A stretch of DNA of 63,215 bases, counting the filler, from Perkinsus chesapeaki ATCC PRA-425 (lineage: Eukaryota > Protista > Perkinsozoa), in NCBI GenBank assembly GCA_013115145.1. It is 6 parts of 6 records of this genome, joined end to end, with 100 filler letters (N's around TTAATTAATTAA, not from the genome) between each part and the next. Parts side by side here need not be neighbours in the genome. Positions count along the whole stretch, not along the records: positions 1 to 28,312 come from JAAPAO010000476.1; 5 more parts are not named here. One strand, given 5' to 3'. The notes beneath the pieces were generated by a model. The model was given only the letters and a program-made list of their open reading frames with translations, was not told the origin of the DNA and did no database searches. Shown here in pieces: positions 11,514-24,200 of this stretch (positions are counted from its first letter, which is position 1; each line of letters starts with the position of its first letter). The position numbers and the translations under genes were made by a program.

Positions 11514-14500
11514 TCACAGAGCGTCCAAGTCGCGCAATTTCGCCTTAATGTTGCTTATTGCCAACTCCACACTCGCCAACCTGAAGCCATACAGGTCCGA
11601 TCCTTTTTGTTATGCTCAATTTAAGTCCAACCGTCACTCGCCACGAAATTCAGATCGAATATTGCCGTCTAGAGAACTATCTAAACAGGGATTCATCCCC
11701 CCTCACGAAATTGTGTTCCGCGAGCCCAAAAACCCAGTAAATTCCGGTCAGTATTTTTTTGGTGAAAAAGAATTCCCAAAATGCTTATCCTTCTTAAATC
11801 GAGCCTGCCAGCATATATCCTATCGACCCTGGACGAACTAACCCAGGTTCGATCCCGGCACCCGTCACCTCTGTTCTTTCTCCCTCTTATCAATTCTCTC
11901 ATTAAGCGTTCGCCCAGCGCTGTTTGTCGGATATTTATTAAGTGCGTTTTCCAGCGCGTTCTTCTCAGCGTTGCAGTGCATCAACTGCTGCTCCAGCTGC
12001 CGACACTGCTCCGACAGGGATAAACTGGGTGATAAATTCCGAATTCGGGAAGAATCACGCACGATTATCCTGTCAGTGCATCCGACGATACCCTGAGAAA
12101 TACGCCTATGCAGTCGAAAAGTGCTCCTGTGAATCAATCACAACTCTCGAAGCCTCGATGCCTCTGAAAAAACCTACCCGAAAATTTGCAGGAAAATTCC
12201 GAAGAAGCGCTATTTTTTCCCTGACAGGAGCCTAAGCTTTCCTACCGAAAATTTTTCTCGAAAAAAATCGTAAGAAATTTCCTCCAGAAATTTTCTTTCT
12301 TACCTCATCCATGTAGTTTGCTAAACGCCGGCTTAATGTTGGCTTCCCAGCCGCCGTACTGTCCCGTTTGGGAGAAAAACACGCCAAACGCTTCGGACTC
12401 GCATACCAACTTTTCCTCGAATCGATGCCAGAACCATGCTCCGCACTGGTAAGGGGAATACCCTCGTGGGTAGCCCACGGTGGAGGGGGTAAAGCTGGTC
12501 GGAAGGAACTTGGAGAAGCCGGAAGAGACGGCGAATGTTGGGCATGTCTCTGAGAAGGACCAAAAAACAAGTTTGCGGTATTCTTTAGAAGTGTTTTTCC
12601 TGCATATATCTCAGAAGTTCTGAGTCAGAACCCGTATCACTTCAGGACATCTGTTCGCCTTTCTCACTCGGAAAATCGGCCGGAATTTCCCCTCCACCAA
12701 CATAAACGATTCCATGCATATCTTCGTTCCCTCACCTGGGTTTTCCTCAATCTCTCTTGGGTCTCCGATAGCTCCCCTCTCAGCTCCTTCGCTTCTTGTC
12801 TGAATCGAGCGTTTTCAGCCGTCAATTCCACCAGCTAAAAATACTCTTAAAATGCCCTGCCTGGGATTCGAACCCGCTACCTTTCCCTCGATATCCCCCT
12901 TCACTTTCTCCCAAACCATTTCTCTTCCTCGTAAATCCTCCACTCTTTTCTCCACCTCATTCTCAAGTCGCTTTATCGCCACTCTCAGCGACCTTTCCAT
13001 CTCGTCTCGTTGATCAATAAGTATCTTTTCTCGGGAGCTAAAGTCCGCTTCAAGCTCGGATATTTTCATTCTGCATTCGTTCATGGTATCCTCCTCTCTC
13101 GCTCGCGCCTCCATCAGCAACCTTCTCTCATTCTCCAGCGACGCTTTCAAGCTCGTCACCTGAAGCAAAAAATCATAAAATTTTCCAAAAAATTTCAAGC
13201 CACTGGCAAAAAATGATACTGAAAAGTAAAATTTTGCAATTTTTCCCGGGAATTTTTTCACCTCGCGACTCCGAACGCTCCTTTCCGTTTCGCATTCGTG
13301 ACGAAGGACTCCAATCTGATGTTCCCTCTCCTCGACTAATCGACGGTGGTCGGCATGTTCAACTCTGACGAGAGAAAATCGGTATGCACGCATGCGCACG
13401 GCTTACCTGATCCTCTCGCTGTTGTCCATGATGGTGTCGCTGAGTTTTCGCTCCAGATCGATATTCACTCTCTCAATTTCAGAGAGTCGGCTCAAATAAC
13501 TGAGGAGGTTAACCTATATTGTATCTTGCACGCATCAACCTAAGATGCTTCTCTCTTAACAAGAAATCGGCGGGCCCAATTTTTGCAGCTGATAATGGAA
13601 ATCGACGAGAACACCGAGATTTCCGATAAATTTTAGAAAAAAGCTAAATATACATTTTCAGGTATTTTTTCCTTCGAAATGGGGAAAAATGGTAAAAGTT
13701 TCCGACTTTTCATCAATCCAAGTTGAATTTCTACCCCGAAAAATTTTCCCGATTTTTTTTCAAACTTTCCGAAGCTCCACCCTACTGATGACATTTGCCC
13801 TCCAATTCGTGAACAGTGCTCAAAAGCCTCTCTCGTTCTTCCTCCAGTTCTCGTACTCTCATCTGCGAGCCTGGAGATGCGGGCAGCCACGCCTGCGGCA
13901 ATCCAAAGGTCCCTGGTTCGATCCTCGGCGGACGCATTACCGTTTCCTGTGGTAATGGCGGAGAATGGACTGGTGAAGAATTTGGAGATATCCGAACTCG
14001 ACGCGTGCCCGATGGACTTGGAGGGAGCGATGGCCTCATTCCCAGTGGAGAATGCTTTAACGGAGCTAACCTGAAAAATCTTGCTCCGCTTGATGAATCT
14101 TACATTTCCGCAACTTTTCGACCGAAAATTTCGACACATTTTCAAACAAAAATCGCGTAAGAGAAGACCCTGCCCCAACCAGATTACCGCTCCGCTCTCA
14201 ACGGCTCATCGTGACGCAAAACTGTCTCCTCATGGACATGGTGGTGTCCGCCGTGCGCATGCTCCGAAATATCCCGGACATCTCTATACTCATAACCGTG
14301 GCCATGGTAATATCGATCGTGTGATCGATTATATCGATCAGCTGATCGATTCATGGGCGACGAAACCGCTTTTATGTGCCTCAATTCTCGCTGAAGTTCC
14401 TCCAGCCGTCTGTCTAATTTCTCCTCGTCGTCGTCACTTGACCGCGATCGCCCCGGACTCCCCAAATATGGTTGAATTCCTCCTCGATGAGGAGGATGAT

Positions 14501-14546
14501 GATGGTGATGCATTGGGGGAAGATATTCTACAGGGTGCGATGCCAT
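11514..14546 (-). CDS. Coiled-coil protein with His/Pro-rich N-terminus and MPHOSPH9-like C-terminal motif
   Basis: Exons MASHPVEYLPPMHHHHH..., ...RVRELEEERERLL..., ...GDIEGK|LVELTAENARFRQEAKEL..., ...LENALNKYPTNSAGRTLNERIDKREKEQR|LASVELAISNIKAKLRDLDAL*. The terminal motif resembles the MPHOSPH9 C-terminus (recalled, not searched). Confidence 0.72.
11841..11863 (+). repeat. tRNA T-arm-like intronic motif ACCCAGGTTCGATCCCGGCACCC
   Basis: 22/23 identical to 22742-22764. The 17-nt core is identical at 14985-15001. Lies 5 nt inside the donor of intron 11581-11868. Confidence 0.75.
13893..13940 (-). other. 48-nt GT-AG intron candidate that is an antisense tRNA 3' half
   Basis: GTAA...GCCGCAG. 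The + strand 13901-13936 reads ATCCAAAGGTCCCTGGTTCGATCCTCGGCGGACGCA. No tRNA 5' half is present because the upstream sequence is a coding exon. Confidence 0.7.
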
Positions 14547-14817
14547 TAGAGAAAAAATATCTTAGGTTGAGCGAGTTGGGTAAACATGGATACAGGTTCC
14601 CAGAGAAAAATCATTCCGGAATTACTGCCGATCCTTTATAGCCTTCTTATGGCGATCCAATGAGCCACACCGGCCGAAGAAATCACTGTTTCGACATGAG
14701 GTATCCTATGTCGAAGCGCGCAAGATACAAAATAGATCAACTTCCCACCAAATCAACTCATCCCTAATCGAGAAACTGTTAAATTATTACACCAGTAAGA
14801 GGAAAACGCATCGTAGC

Positions 14818-17356
14818 CTATCTGCCCGCACTTGTTGCCTTTCTTTCTCGCTGTTCTATAATCTCATTCGCCAACCAATCCATTCCTTCCGCCAGTCCTT
14901 CCCCCGTTATAGCGCAGCATGACTGTATGTGCCAGGAGTGCCCTCGAATAGACGTCAAATCAAGATCCTTGCCTAACCATGCACGTTCGATCCCGGCACC
15001 CCGCTTTTTTACTACATATTTCTTCCGCTGACCGCGCTCCTTGAATATCCGATTTGTTAGCAAAAACCAGAATGCTAGCGCCGTGCAGGTCCTCCGATAG
15101 CAGAGCGTTAAAGAGCTCCATCTTCGCCAAAACAAGATTCCGTACATCATTGCTGTCCACAACCTGTCAACAAAATTACGAATCTTAGATGCTCCCGTTG
15201 GTCCACAATGCATTCGCTTTCGTTGGGCAAGTCGCAGAAAAGTTAACCTATCACGTATGCATCGTCCAATCACAGTGAAACCCTCAGAGCTGCAGCTGTT
15301 TGACAAGCCCAATAGATCGGTATGACTTTAACGACAAAACTCTCAGCGGTTTCATCAGGAGGACAATCGAGAAAACGACAAACATTATTAAGCGCTCGTT
15401 TTTGCTACCGTTTTTATTGCGACGCTCCTTGGCCTAGTCAAACTCACATCAGACATCTCCGATAGAAACGTTTGTGATGATATTTTCTCGTCTACAATAG
15501 TAATACATTTCCTATCACAACTGACACTCGCTGGTCTGCAAGGGGCACATATTCACCACGCCAGATGACTCTCCGGTTGACGAGCAAAATCCTCTAGTAT
15601 CCGAGAGCCAATCCGAACTTTCCGAAATTTTATTCCCCGCCATTTTTTATAGCCGATCATGGGCCCATATTTCAACACACGTCCTTCCCCTTCACCAATC
15701 TACTAACTCCATTTTCGGAAAAGTATCATCTTTCCGCAGAAAAGCTGTTCTTCGGGTAACAGAGATCGGAAAATTATTTTTTTCCCGAACTGAAAATAAT
15801 TTCCATAATACTATCGACAAAAGATGAGAAAAACGAGGAAGCGATAAAATTTCAACCTACTGACACGGGAAAAATATTTCGCTATTCACCTGTACAACCG
15901 CAAGAGCGACTGGGGAAAACGATTTCTATTTCCCAAAAAACGGTCATACGCAGAGAATGCACACAATAATAAAAGATATTTTCAGAAAATATCAGTAAAA
16001 CCCGAAACCCGAATTCCCATTATTACAAATATCAAGCCATCAGTATTTTGAAAGTAGGCGGACCAACTAGGGCGGAGACTATCCTGACCGCCGAGGTCCC
16101 ATACCTGAATGAATTCATACTTCCCAAAGGACATACGGTAATTCAATACTAGACCATACCGGAGATTCAAGAGGGAAAGAACTGAGGAATGCTGACAGAT
16201 TCATCATCATCTCGAAAATGAAACCGAGTATATCTCACTCTCGAGATATATCTGAGATCTGATATATCAGATATATCAGATATATTCGAGATTCGAGACC
16301 ATTTCAAATATCTCTTCGTCTCTAAAGTATCGCTGCCTACGAATCGCTGACAAGTTGACAGAAAAATTTACGAGGCGGAAATTTTCCCTTTTCGCATACC
16401 TTCCCAAACAGATTTACACGTACGCACGCGCATGCTATCTAGTGTAATCCAACCTAAAGATTCTCCTCGCAGCAACATATTCAGTCACATCCAGTAAATT
16501 TCACCGACACCTTCGGATGGCAAATTCCGGACGACGATTTTTACCTCGCTATTTGATCGGGTACCACCGCGAATAATAAAGATTTTAATGAAGAATTTTT
16601 CCCGGGAATACACACATCGTAGCTGACACGAAGAAGAGGACGAATATAAGACATAATATAGTTGATAATGAAATGAAAAATATTAGTAATGAATTGTAAA
16701 ATACGAATATAATAATATCAAACTTGTAATAGAGCAAAACTAATACAACGTATTTTATATGGTCTAGTGGTGGAGTACTGACCCGTCATTCTTACGGGTG
16801 CGCAGATGCAAGAAGATACGTGCAACATTGTACAGCTTCAGCGATGACAATGTAAATATATTAGACGATAATCGTGATTCGTTTAGTTTTTCCTAGAGGA
16901 GATATTCCAAAGCTTGTATCTTATTAATCATAATAATTCATGAGTGCAGAAGGACCGAATCACCTCGGATTATATTCTAGCTCGGCGTAAAGTCTATAGT
17001 AAATTGAGATTTCTATATAAGTAAATAAGATTTCTATACTCTAAGTTCTATATTCTAGTAAAGCTGAGAACAACTATGTGTACAATAGACGATAATAAAT
17101 ACGCTACCTCATCGAGCCCTTCAATACCCCCCTCTGAATCCACCCCATTTACTACCTGGAATTTGACATTCTTGTGTGTCACCTCCTCCACATTGGACCC
17201 AATGGTGGGCTGAGTGACAACAACCTGGCCGAGGTTCAATTGATATAATATAGTTGTTTTTCCGGCGTTGCTGAGTCCGACAATGACGATCTTTGATTCC
17301 TGTTGGCCGCTTGCACCGGACAGTTTCTGCCATATACTAGAAAATATGGCACCCAT
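14818..17356 (-). CDS. ARL5: ADP-ribosylation factor-like GTPase 5
   Basis: Four exons (17356-17156, 16104-16027, 15163-15016, 14972-14818): [35 protein letters not shown]..|[18 protein letters not shown]..|VVDS..FANKSD..|..[27 protein letters not shown]. These match ARL5-typical motifs. Confidence 0.92.
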
Positions 17357-18699
17357 GAAAACACACAAAAACTGCGAGCAAGCTTCAACCAAAGATTCAT
17401 CTAGCTCCGCTTGGAGGTACTCTTTAAGGCCCTAAGGGAGATTTAAGAGAAGTTCTTTCGATTTTCTCTGGGAGTCAGCTCTAGATACTCGTACCCGTCA
17501 ATAAAGGGTACGGGCGACCATTCCTCATATTTTCGCCCTCGGAAATATAAAAGTATCACAGAAAAGACCTGAGGTACTTCAATAAAGAATTTGTTGGAAA
17601 GTTAATCAATCCGAGTGAACGGTTAACGGGACTCCTCTCAACCCCGAATGCGGAGGTTTGTGAGAATCTCTTTGCTAGCACAACAAGGAAAAGGTACGGT
17701 TGCCTTGAATTTGAACATTACTTGTAATCTCTGAAGCTCGGTTGAAGGAACATCTCAGGAAAAATGGAGAAATATTGTCGACAAAGTTTTCTCCGACTTA
17801 GTGCAAAAAACTCTAAGTAGAAATAAAGTCGCTCATTAAGGTTCCTGAGCGATCGTCTCAACGCCAACTGAGTCACGAATCCTGACTCAGCTGGCGTTGA
17901 GACGATCGGCTTCATCATCATCTTTTTTTCAGGGAAAATATTGTCGAGTGGTAAATTCCTGTCACAAGTGACTTCACACTTTCGCGGTAGCAGCTCCGGT
18001 TTCCCCGAAAAGTCGAAGAGTAGTTACTTGTCAGTTTAACCCACATGCCCACGAGATGCCACTCGGAGCGACCGAATACCGATGCCCTGCAAAGGTAGCT
18101 TCCCCTCACCTATTCGCTGTATACGAGCGTCGCCCGTACACCACTTGCGCACTTGCTCTCACTTACTTTTTCTCAACGCAAGCCTGTTGAGATTTCCTCC
18201 ACTTTCCAAGGCGAGTGTCTATATTTTTCTTGGTTGTTGTTGGGTTCGCAGTGCATCTTTGGGTCGAGTCTTATTCCTAGTCCTGACAGGCTCTGGTATA
18301 AAACTTGAAATAAATAAACGATCCATCATTTATGTGAATAATGATGATCAGATCATCCAATGTTAATTAAACGTAATTCTTTGTATCTTGATAATGAAGC
18401 AGAGAGATGCACTTCCAGTGGGAAGTCCGTTTTACTGACCTTGTGTGATAAAGAGGGGGAGTGAAGTTGAAAAACAGAGTAGAAAATCCCTCCGGTCGAT
18501 TTTCCCGTTAATAACGACTTGACGAGGAGATTGCAGCCGAGATTCCAACACTGACCATTGACTCCAAACACAGGGCAGCTTTTCGTATGAGATTCAATAG
18601 GCGCACTCTCAACACTCTTTGAAGCATGTTAAACAGATGGTTGAAACGTGATGGTTAAGATTCACAGAAAACTTTAAAAACCCATGATAATATTATTGG

Positions 18700-20356
18700 T
18701 CAACAGTGGCTTATCACTCGTTGGATCGACTTGCTTTGCCATCTGGGGAATCTGAGTCTCTGATAGAATCCCAACTGTTCTTCATCGGTAAACCAGCTTA
18801 GCAGCTGAAGTGGAGCTCGAACCATGGAAGATACGATTATCTTGTCAGTGTGTTCTTCATCATGGTTGCTTTCCAGCACACCAAAAGTCTCGCGTTCGGT
18901 ATTCGATATCGGCCACAACTGCCAAATTTACGGAAAAGATTGTTTAACGATTTTTAATGAGCTCTACCCCTCCTCCGAAAAGTAACCTTCCCACGCCCGA
19001 CACCAAAGCCACCGATACTTCGCCATATCACAAAGTGCGTCGTATTCGACAGCGGAGCAGCAGGATTGATACTAGTAGTGATAGGAAAGGTTTCCAATTT
19101 CTGGAAAGGGATCACTTAACAACTGAGCAGGGCGCCCATGGGCCAATGGGTGAAAGAAAATCCCACATTTTTCCGCTTTGTGAAAAATCAGCAAGAAATT
19201 TAGGAGGAAGCAACCAGCAGGCGGGCTCGACAGTCGGCCATGCTGGAGTGAGTCACGTATGGAGAGTCGATTGTTGCTAGGTCGAATGCACTTGGAGTTT
19301 CTTTTGTATGGTGACATTTTTTAATATTAAAACTGCTATTATAGGGGAGCTTTTTAGAAGTCGACTAATCTCCGGTCATCAACCCGCTCTTTGGCCGTGA
19401 TAGTATCACGACCGTAAGCGTTACGGCGTAAGGCCGCCGCGATGAAAATGACGGTTCGCTGCTCATTGATCCTTCCTTTTCGAAATTGCTTCCTTTCCTC
19501 GTCAAGATACCAAGGCAACCATTTCTATTCCAAGACTTGTAAATTTTATGAAGTATACGACCCGAAAGTCGGAGGAAAATGCAGGCGCTCAATCTTTCAG
19601 CTTTTGAAAGCCGCTCTTTTCCACACGTTTTTTCGATTTTACTAAGAACAATCAGCTGGAGATTTCTTGTAGTAATGCAAGTTTTACGCCTCCGTGACTC
19701 TCGAAATTGGTAGGAATAATTCCACACTGCACACCAACGATGAAGAGAACGCATTATATCTTTGTCAGGATCTTCTTCTACTGGCAAGCTGCGGAAGCTC
19801 AGGGTAAACGCGGGCGGTTTTGTGGGGTGGAAATGCGCCGCTACTGAGAAAATCGAGAGAAACTGTGACTGGGGAAGTATACTCCATATCTGTTGACTCC
19901 TCCTCGTTGACTGGGGAGATTTTTCCGATCCATATTTCGGCATCATGGACCACACCACGGTATAGAATGCTTTGCTGGCAAGGGAAGGTGGACAGTTTCG
20001 ACAGGAGGGAGACAGCTGTGCACAAATTTATCTGACAGACGCTCGAGTCTGTTCCCGCGTCATCACGAGCATCACTTGGCTCAACCTACACCGGTGACCA
20101 TCCCACTAGTGCTACTTCATTCGGCCTGAGGGGACCGGTGGCATCTGAGACAATGACATTCAGCGAGCAACAGGGACAGAATATTGCACAATATGGAAAT
20201 GCGGGATATTGGTTGCAAATATGGTGATACGGGTTTCAGGTTTTGGGGAATTTCTTGGAGGGGGTCGTAGAAAGATACGCGTTGTTGACTGCATGCTGGA
20301 GCTAACTTGGGTGAATTTTTGTCCCACAGCATTAGAAACGAGAGTGCGAAGGACAT
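18700..20356 (-). CDS. Probable intron-rich hypothetical gene (structure unresolved)
   Basis: Several protein-like open segments bounded by AG/GT (e.g. INLCTAVSLLSKLSTFPCQQSILYRGVVHDAEIW, KWLPWYLDEERKQFRKG, AWPTVEPACWLLPPKF). No family recognised and frames not uniquely joined. Confidence 0.3.
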
Positions 20357-21226
20357 GGAAATACTTTTTAGTACTATTTTAGAACTAAGATCACTTTTTC
20401 ACAGTCATTTACATTACAGTTGACTTTTCACTGGTACATCACAAATAAAGAGAGACTCCTCACAGGGAGAAATAGTGACTAAAAAGTAGGCGTGATACTG
20501 GAAAGTAGTAGTCGCGGTACATTACGAAATTATACTTCCAGACCAATCACAGAGACGAATCTGCATGACGTTTCCTGAGTCTTCTCAGTTTGCTCGTGAG
20601 AAGAGTGTGTATCCCCTACATCGAAAATTCAGGGCTTAGGAATGCTACCTGAACCTCGCGACACCTCTGCAATCTGACACAAACCGTTTCGTGTTCAACC
20701 TCAGGAAAATACTACTGAAATTGTCAGGTTTTTTTTTTCGTGTTTACCGTTTGAAAGATTGACGTTTTGGTGATAGTCTTGTTGATTGTCGAAACTGTGG
20801 TGATGAAAGAATAGTGGAACAAATGTACAGTAATTAGTGATAATATTTCGTAAAACTGCTCAAAATGTCTCGTGTGAATACAGAAAATATTGATATTGAA
20901 TTGACTGTTAATTTCGTAGATTTCTTGACCTGGACGGGTCATATAACTTTGCTTTTTAGAAAATGTCATTTTTTTTAACTTTCCATTTTCAAAATGAAGG
21001 GACAATGAGGGGAAAATGGAGAATATTATATTATCATATTCTCGCTATGATAATGAACTCTTGGGAAGGCACATTTGAGAAGTCGGGAAGAGCCACTAGT
21101 TCATCATTTTTAAGGGATATATATCAATCATTGTGAATATTAATAATGTTAATATTAATCTAATATTTACTTATTTACCTACTTAGCACTTATGAGTATT
21201 ATTAGCATTTGTCAGTTACTTCACAG

Positions 21227-24200
21227 GCCTCTCCAACATGGTTCTGCAGGGAGGCTTCAAGGCAGCTGGTACCTTGGAGGCGACAATCAACGGGGATCTG
21301 GCATTCCTAGGCAACGCAATTCTGTAGGGCTTACCAGTTCCGACCCGACCTTGAGGAGATTCCATCAGATACGCGATTTTTGCGTGCGGCTGTCTTTTGA
21401 TGCCGCCGATGATACGCTGGTTTGAGTTGCGGTCTCAGATCAAATTTATTGCATTTGTGGGCGGTTTTGGATACACATTCTATTTGTAAACACAACGGCA
21501 AGCTGTACCATTCGTCTGTGTTCCCCGGACTGAACGGAAAGAAATAATATTCAATTTCATGGAAAAATTTTCCGTATCGTTCGCGACGGTTCGTTGCACC
21601 GGAGAGTTGGTAGCTTCGAGTTACTAGGCTGTGAATGTCGTCGTGAGGGGCCTGATTTAGGAAAGTACTGGTAAATCTTGAAAGTGTTCTCAGATCGAAA
21701 GATATCCGATTCTTATGGGAGCATCTGGCGATCCTTTATGACTCACCGTCAAACACTGGGATGGAAATTCGCCTTTATTTCTTATTTTTACCGGCATGAA
21801 TTTTTCATGGCGAGAGGGAATGGGGACAATTAGATTGTGTAAAATGACAAGATACTTTCACGAAGAATATCTTGGTGACTCGGCGAACACAATTGAGTAG
21901 CTTCGCATGGATTTTCATGGAAACATTCGGGCCTGTGGGGCAACAAGTCAAATTTGCGGGAAAAAATCTGAAATTTTGCTGTTTTTTATGCAGATATTGG
22001 GGAAAATTTAAATCTCGCTTTTTCTCAGCTTGCCTCGAATGCGAAGATATTTTCGAGGTCAAGGAATATTAAAGCGTTATCAGGTATGTTAATACTACAA
22101 CACCTTCAGAGGACCCAGGTGCAGCGAGTTGGGTTATCTATCTCATCGGCAGTACCATGGTGGGCCTTGGCGCGCCACTGGTTTGGATCCCCACGTTAGA
22201 GATGGTTGGACGATCAGCGTAATTTGCAGGGTTTCGGGTTTTGAAGCACGGACATGTGGTAGAGAGTTTGATAGCTTATTCGTTGCCAACGAATACAAAC
22301 CGAAGACAAACCAACGAATCGTTGGTTTGTCTTCGGTGCTGCTTGTGTTGATGGAGAGTGGTGCGGGTCTAGGTTTCGCTCAAGGAGACAGCTTTTGTGT
22401 CACCGTTTTGTTCTGGTAGATACTTCCACGTTCGAGACATGTCCCGGCCGACATCGCCAGCAGGTGGCGCAGAAGTAGCATTGTTCAACCGAACTAACGA
22501 AAATGGAGAGCGGCAGGAGGTGGGTAAATTAATGATTGAAAAAATCTTAATTTTCCGGATAATAAGGAAAATTATTTGAGTAGACGCGGATTGGTTCCCC
22601 AGGTTGGGAACGAGCGCAGTGGGCTACAGGCTGACCGTCGGAGGCACCAACGGGGATCTATCCTATCGTCCGCAGGAGGGGACTCACCAAACACTTCCTT
22701 TTACCGCCGTCTCGACAGGAACTTGTCGAGGTAACCCTTTCACCCAGGTTCGATCCCTGCACCCTTGTCAGATTTAATGGTATTTTCTTTGCAATATTCC
22801 AGCTACATGGGCTGGTTCTTTACCCTCTAGGCGTTATAGTCGCTAACAGCGATGACAGCACCGAGTGAGAACCCTTCTCTCGTTTGCGTATTGTTCCTCC
22901 AGTTGGCGGCAACCACTTTTCTGGACCGTCGCAATGTTGCCTCTGGCGGCCTCCTTCGTGTTCCTGATGATCCCGCCGATACCGAAGAGCGATTTGATTC
23001 CAGGCGAGTCCAAAAGGTCTCGGAATATTAATAAGTAAACTCTGCAGGCACGCCGCCTCCGGATGTCCGACTGTGGAAATCGATAAAGTTCATATTTGCC
23101 GAAAAGATATTTCGCAGACTTGCACCGTCGATAATCGTGAATGGAATGGTAGGTCGCCAGTTTTTAATTTGTTATTTATAAAGCAGGTGCTCGGTTTCCT
23201 TTTTGGTGACTTTGGCAAATTTTTCGTTTCGCCGACGCTGGGAGTGGACTCTGTTCTCATCGTCAACGCCTCTTTCTTTTGCGCGTGTGCTATTGCTACA
23301 GTTGCATGGGCCAAGTTGATCGTTTGGAATAAGATTTCGAGGCGAACGGTAAGTTTGGGATTGCAAGAAACATGGCGGGCTCGATATGATTGATTATCGG
23401 TATTGCGAGCTGCGGCATCGATCACCTGTAGGCACTTGTTCGTAAGGTCAAGGAAAATGCATTTTATTTTCGAGACTTGCTGCCTAGAATGTCGTAGACA
23501 TCTCGACGCCAGTATAACTTTTCATGCCTAATGATGGACTTCAAGTAAGCACTCTCATCATGCTCCGGCATACACGACATTTCTTCATCATATAACGATG
23601 TGGTTAATAAAAGTATAAGATCGTAAAAGTGGCATACTTTGACTATCTTCGTGCAGAATCTGTGATACTGCAGAGCAGATTTATTGGACGTTTTGAAAGG
23701 TCAAGGCTGTTCTGTCAGGTTATTTTAATTAGTATGGTGACACAATGTTGCTTCCTTGTCCTTCATATTACCCTTTATACAACCAAAACGGCCATCGGAA
23801 CTAACTACATCCAAGTAGGTCGAAAAATTTTTGGATTTTTTCCGAAGATTTTTCAGGATCCTAACGATCCTACATCGTGGAAGATGGTGGAGAAGCCTCA
23901 GGCATATCACTACACTATAATAATCTCATCTGTTATTTTGCTGGCAATAGGTGACAGCGCCTATGAGTCTCAACTCCCGGCTGCCGTGCAGAACGCTTAT
24001 CAGTCTACACCGTAAGGAAAAGGGGAGGATTAGAGACCGTAGGAATGCCTGGCGGGCGGGATATGCGAATTTTGTGTCCCCATGCTATTACCTACTGTGT
24101 AGCATACTTTTCAAATGAGCAAGCAAGGAGCGAGCGCCAAACAGTAGCTGTAGAGCTCGCTTTGGATCATAAGATATGCTTCATCGAGTTCTCGGGTATT

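Noticed and set aside
16757-16771. A-box-like ATATGGTCTAGTGGT in ARL5 intron 1
   Set aside because: No B box or cloverleaf follows, and it is short enough to be chance.
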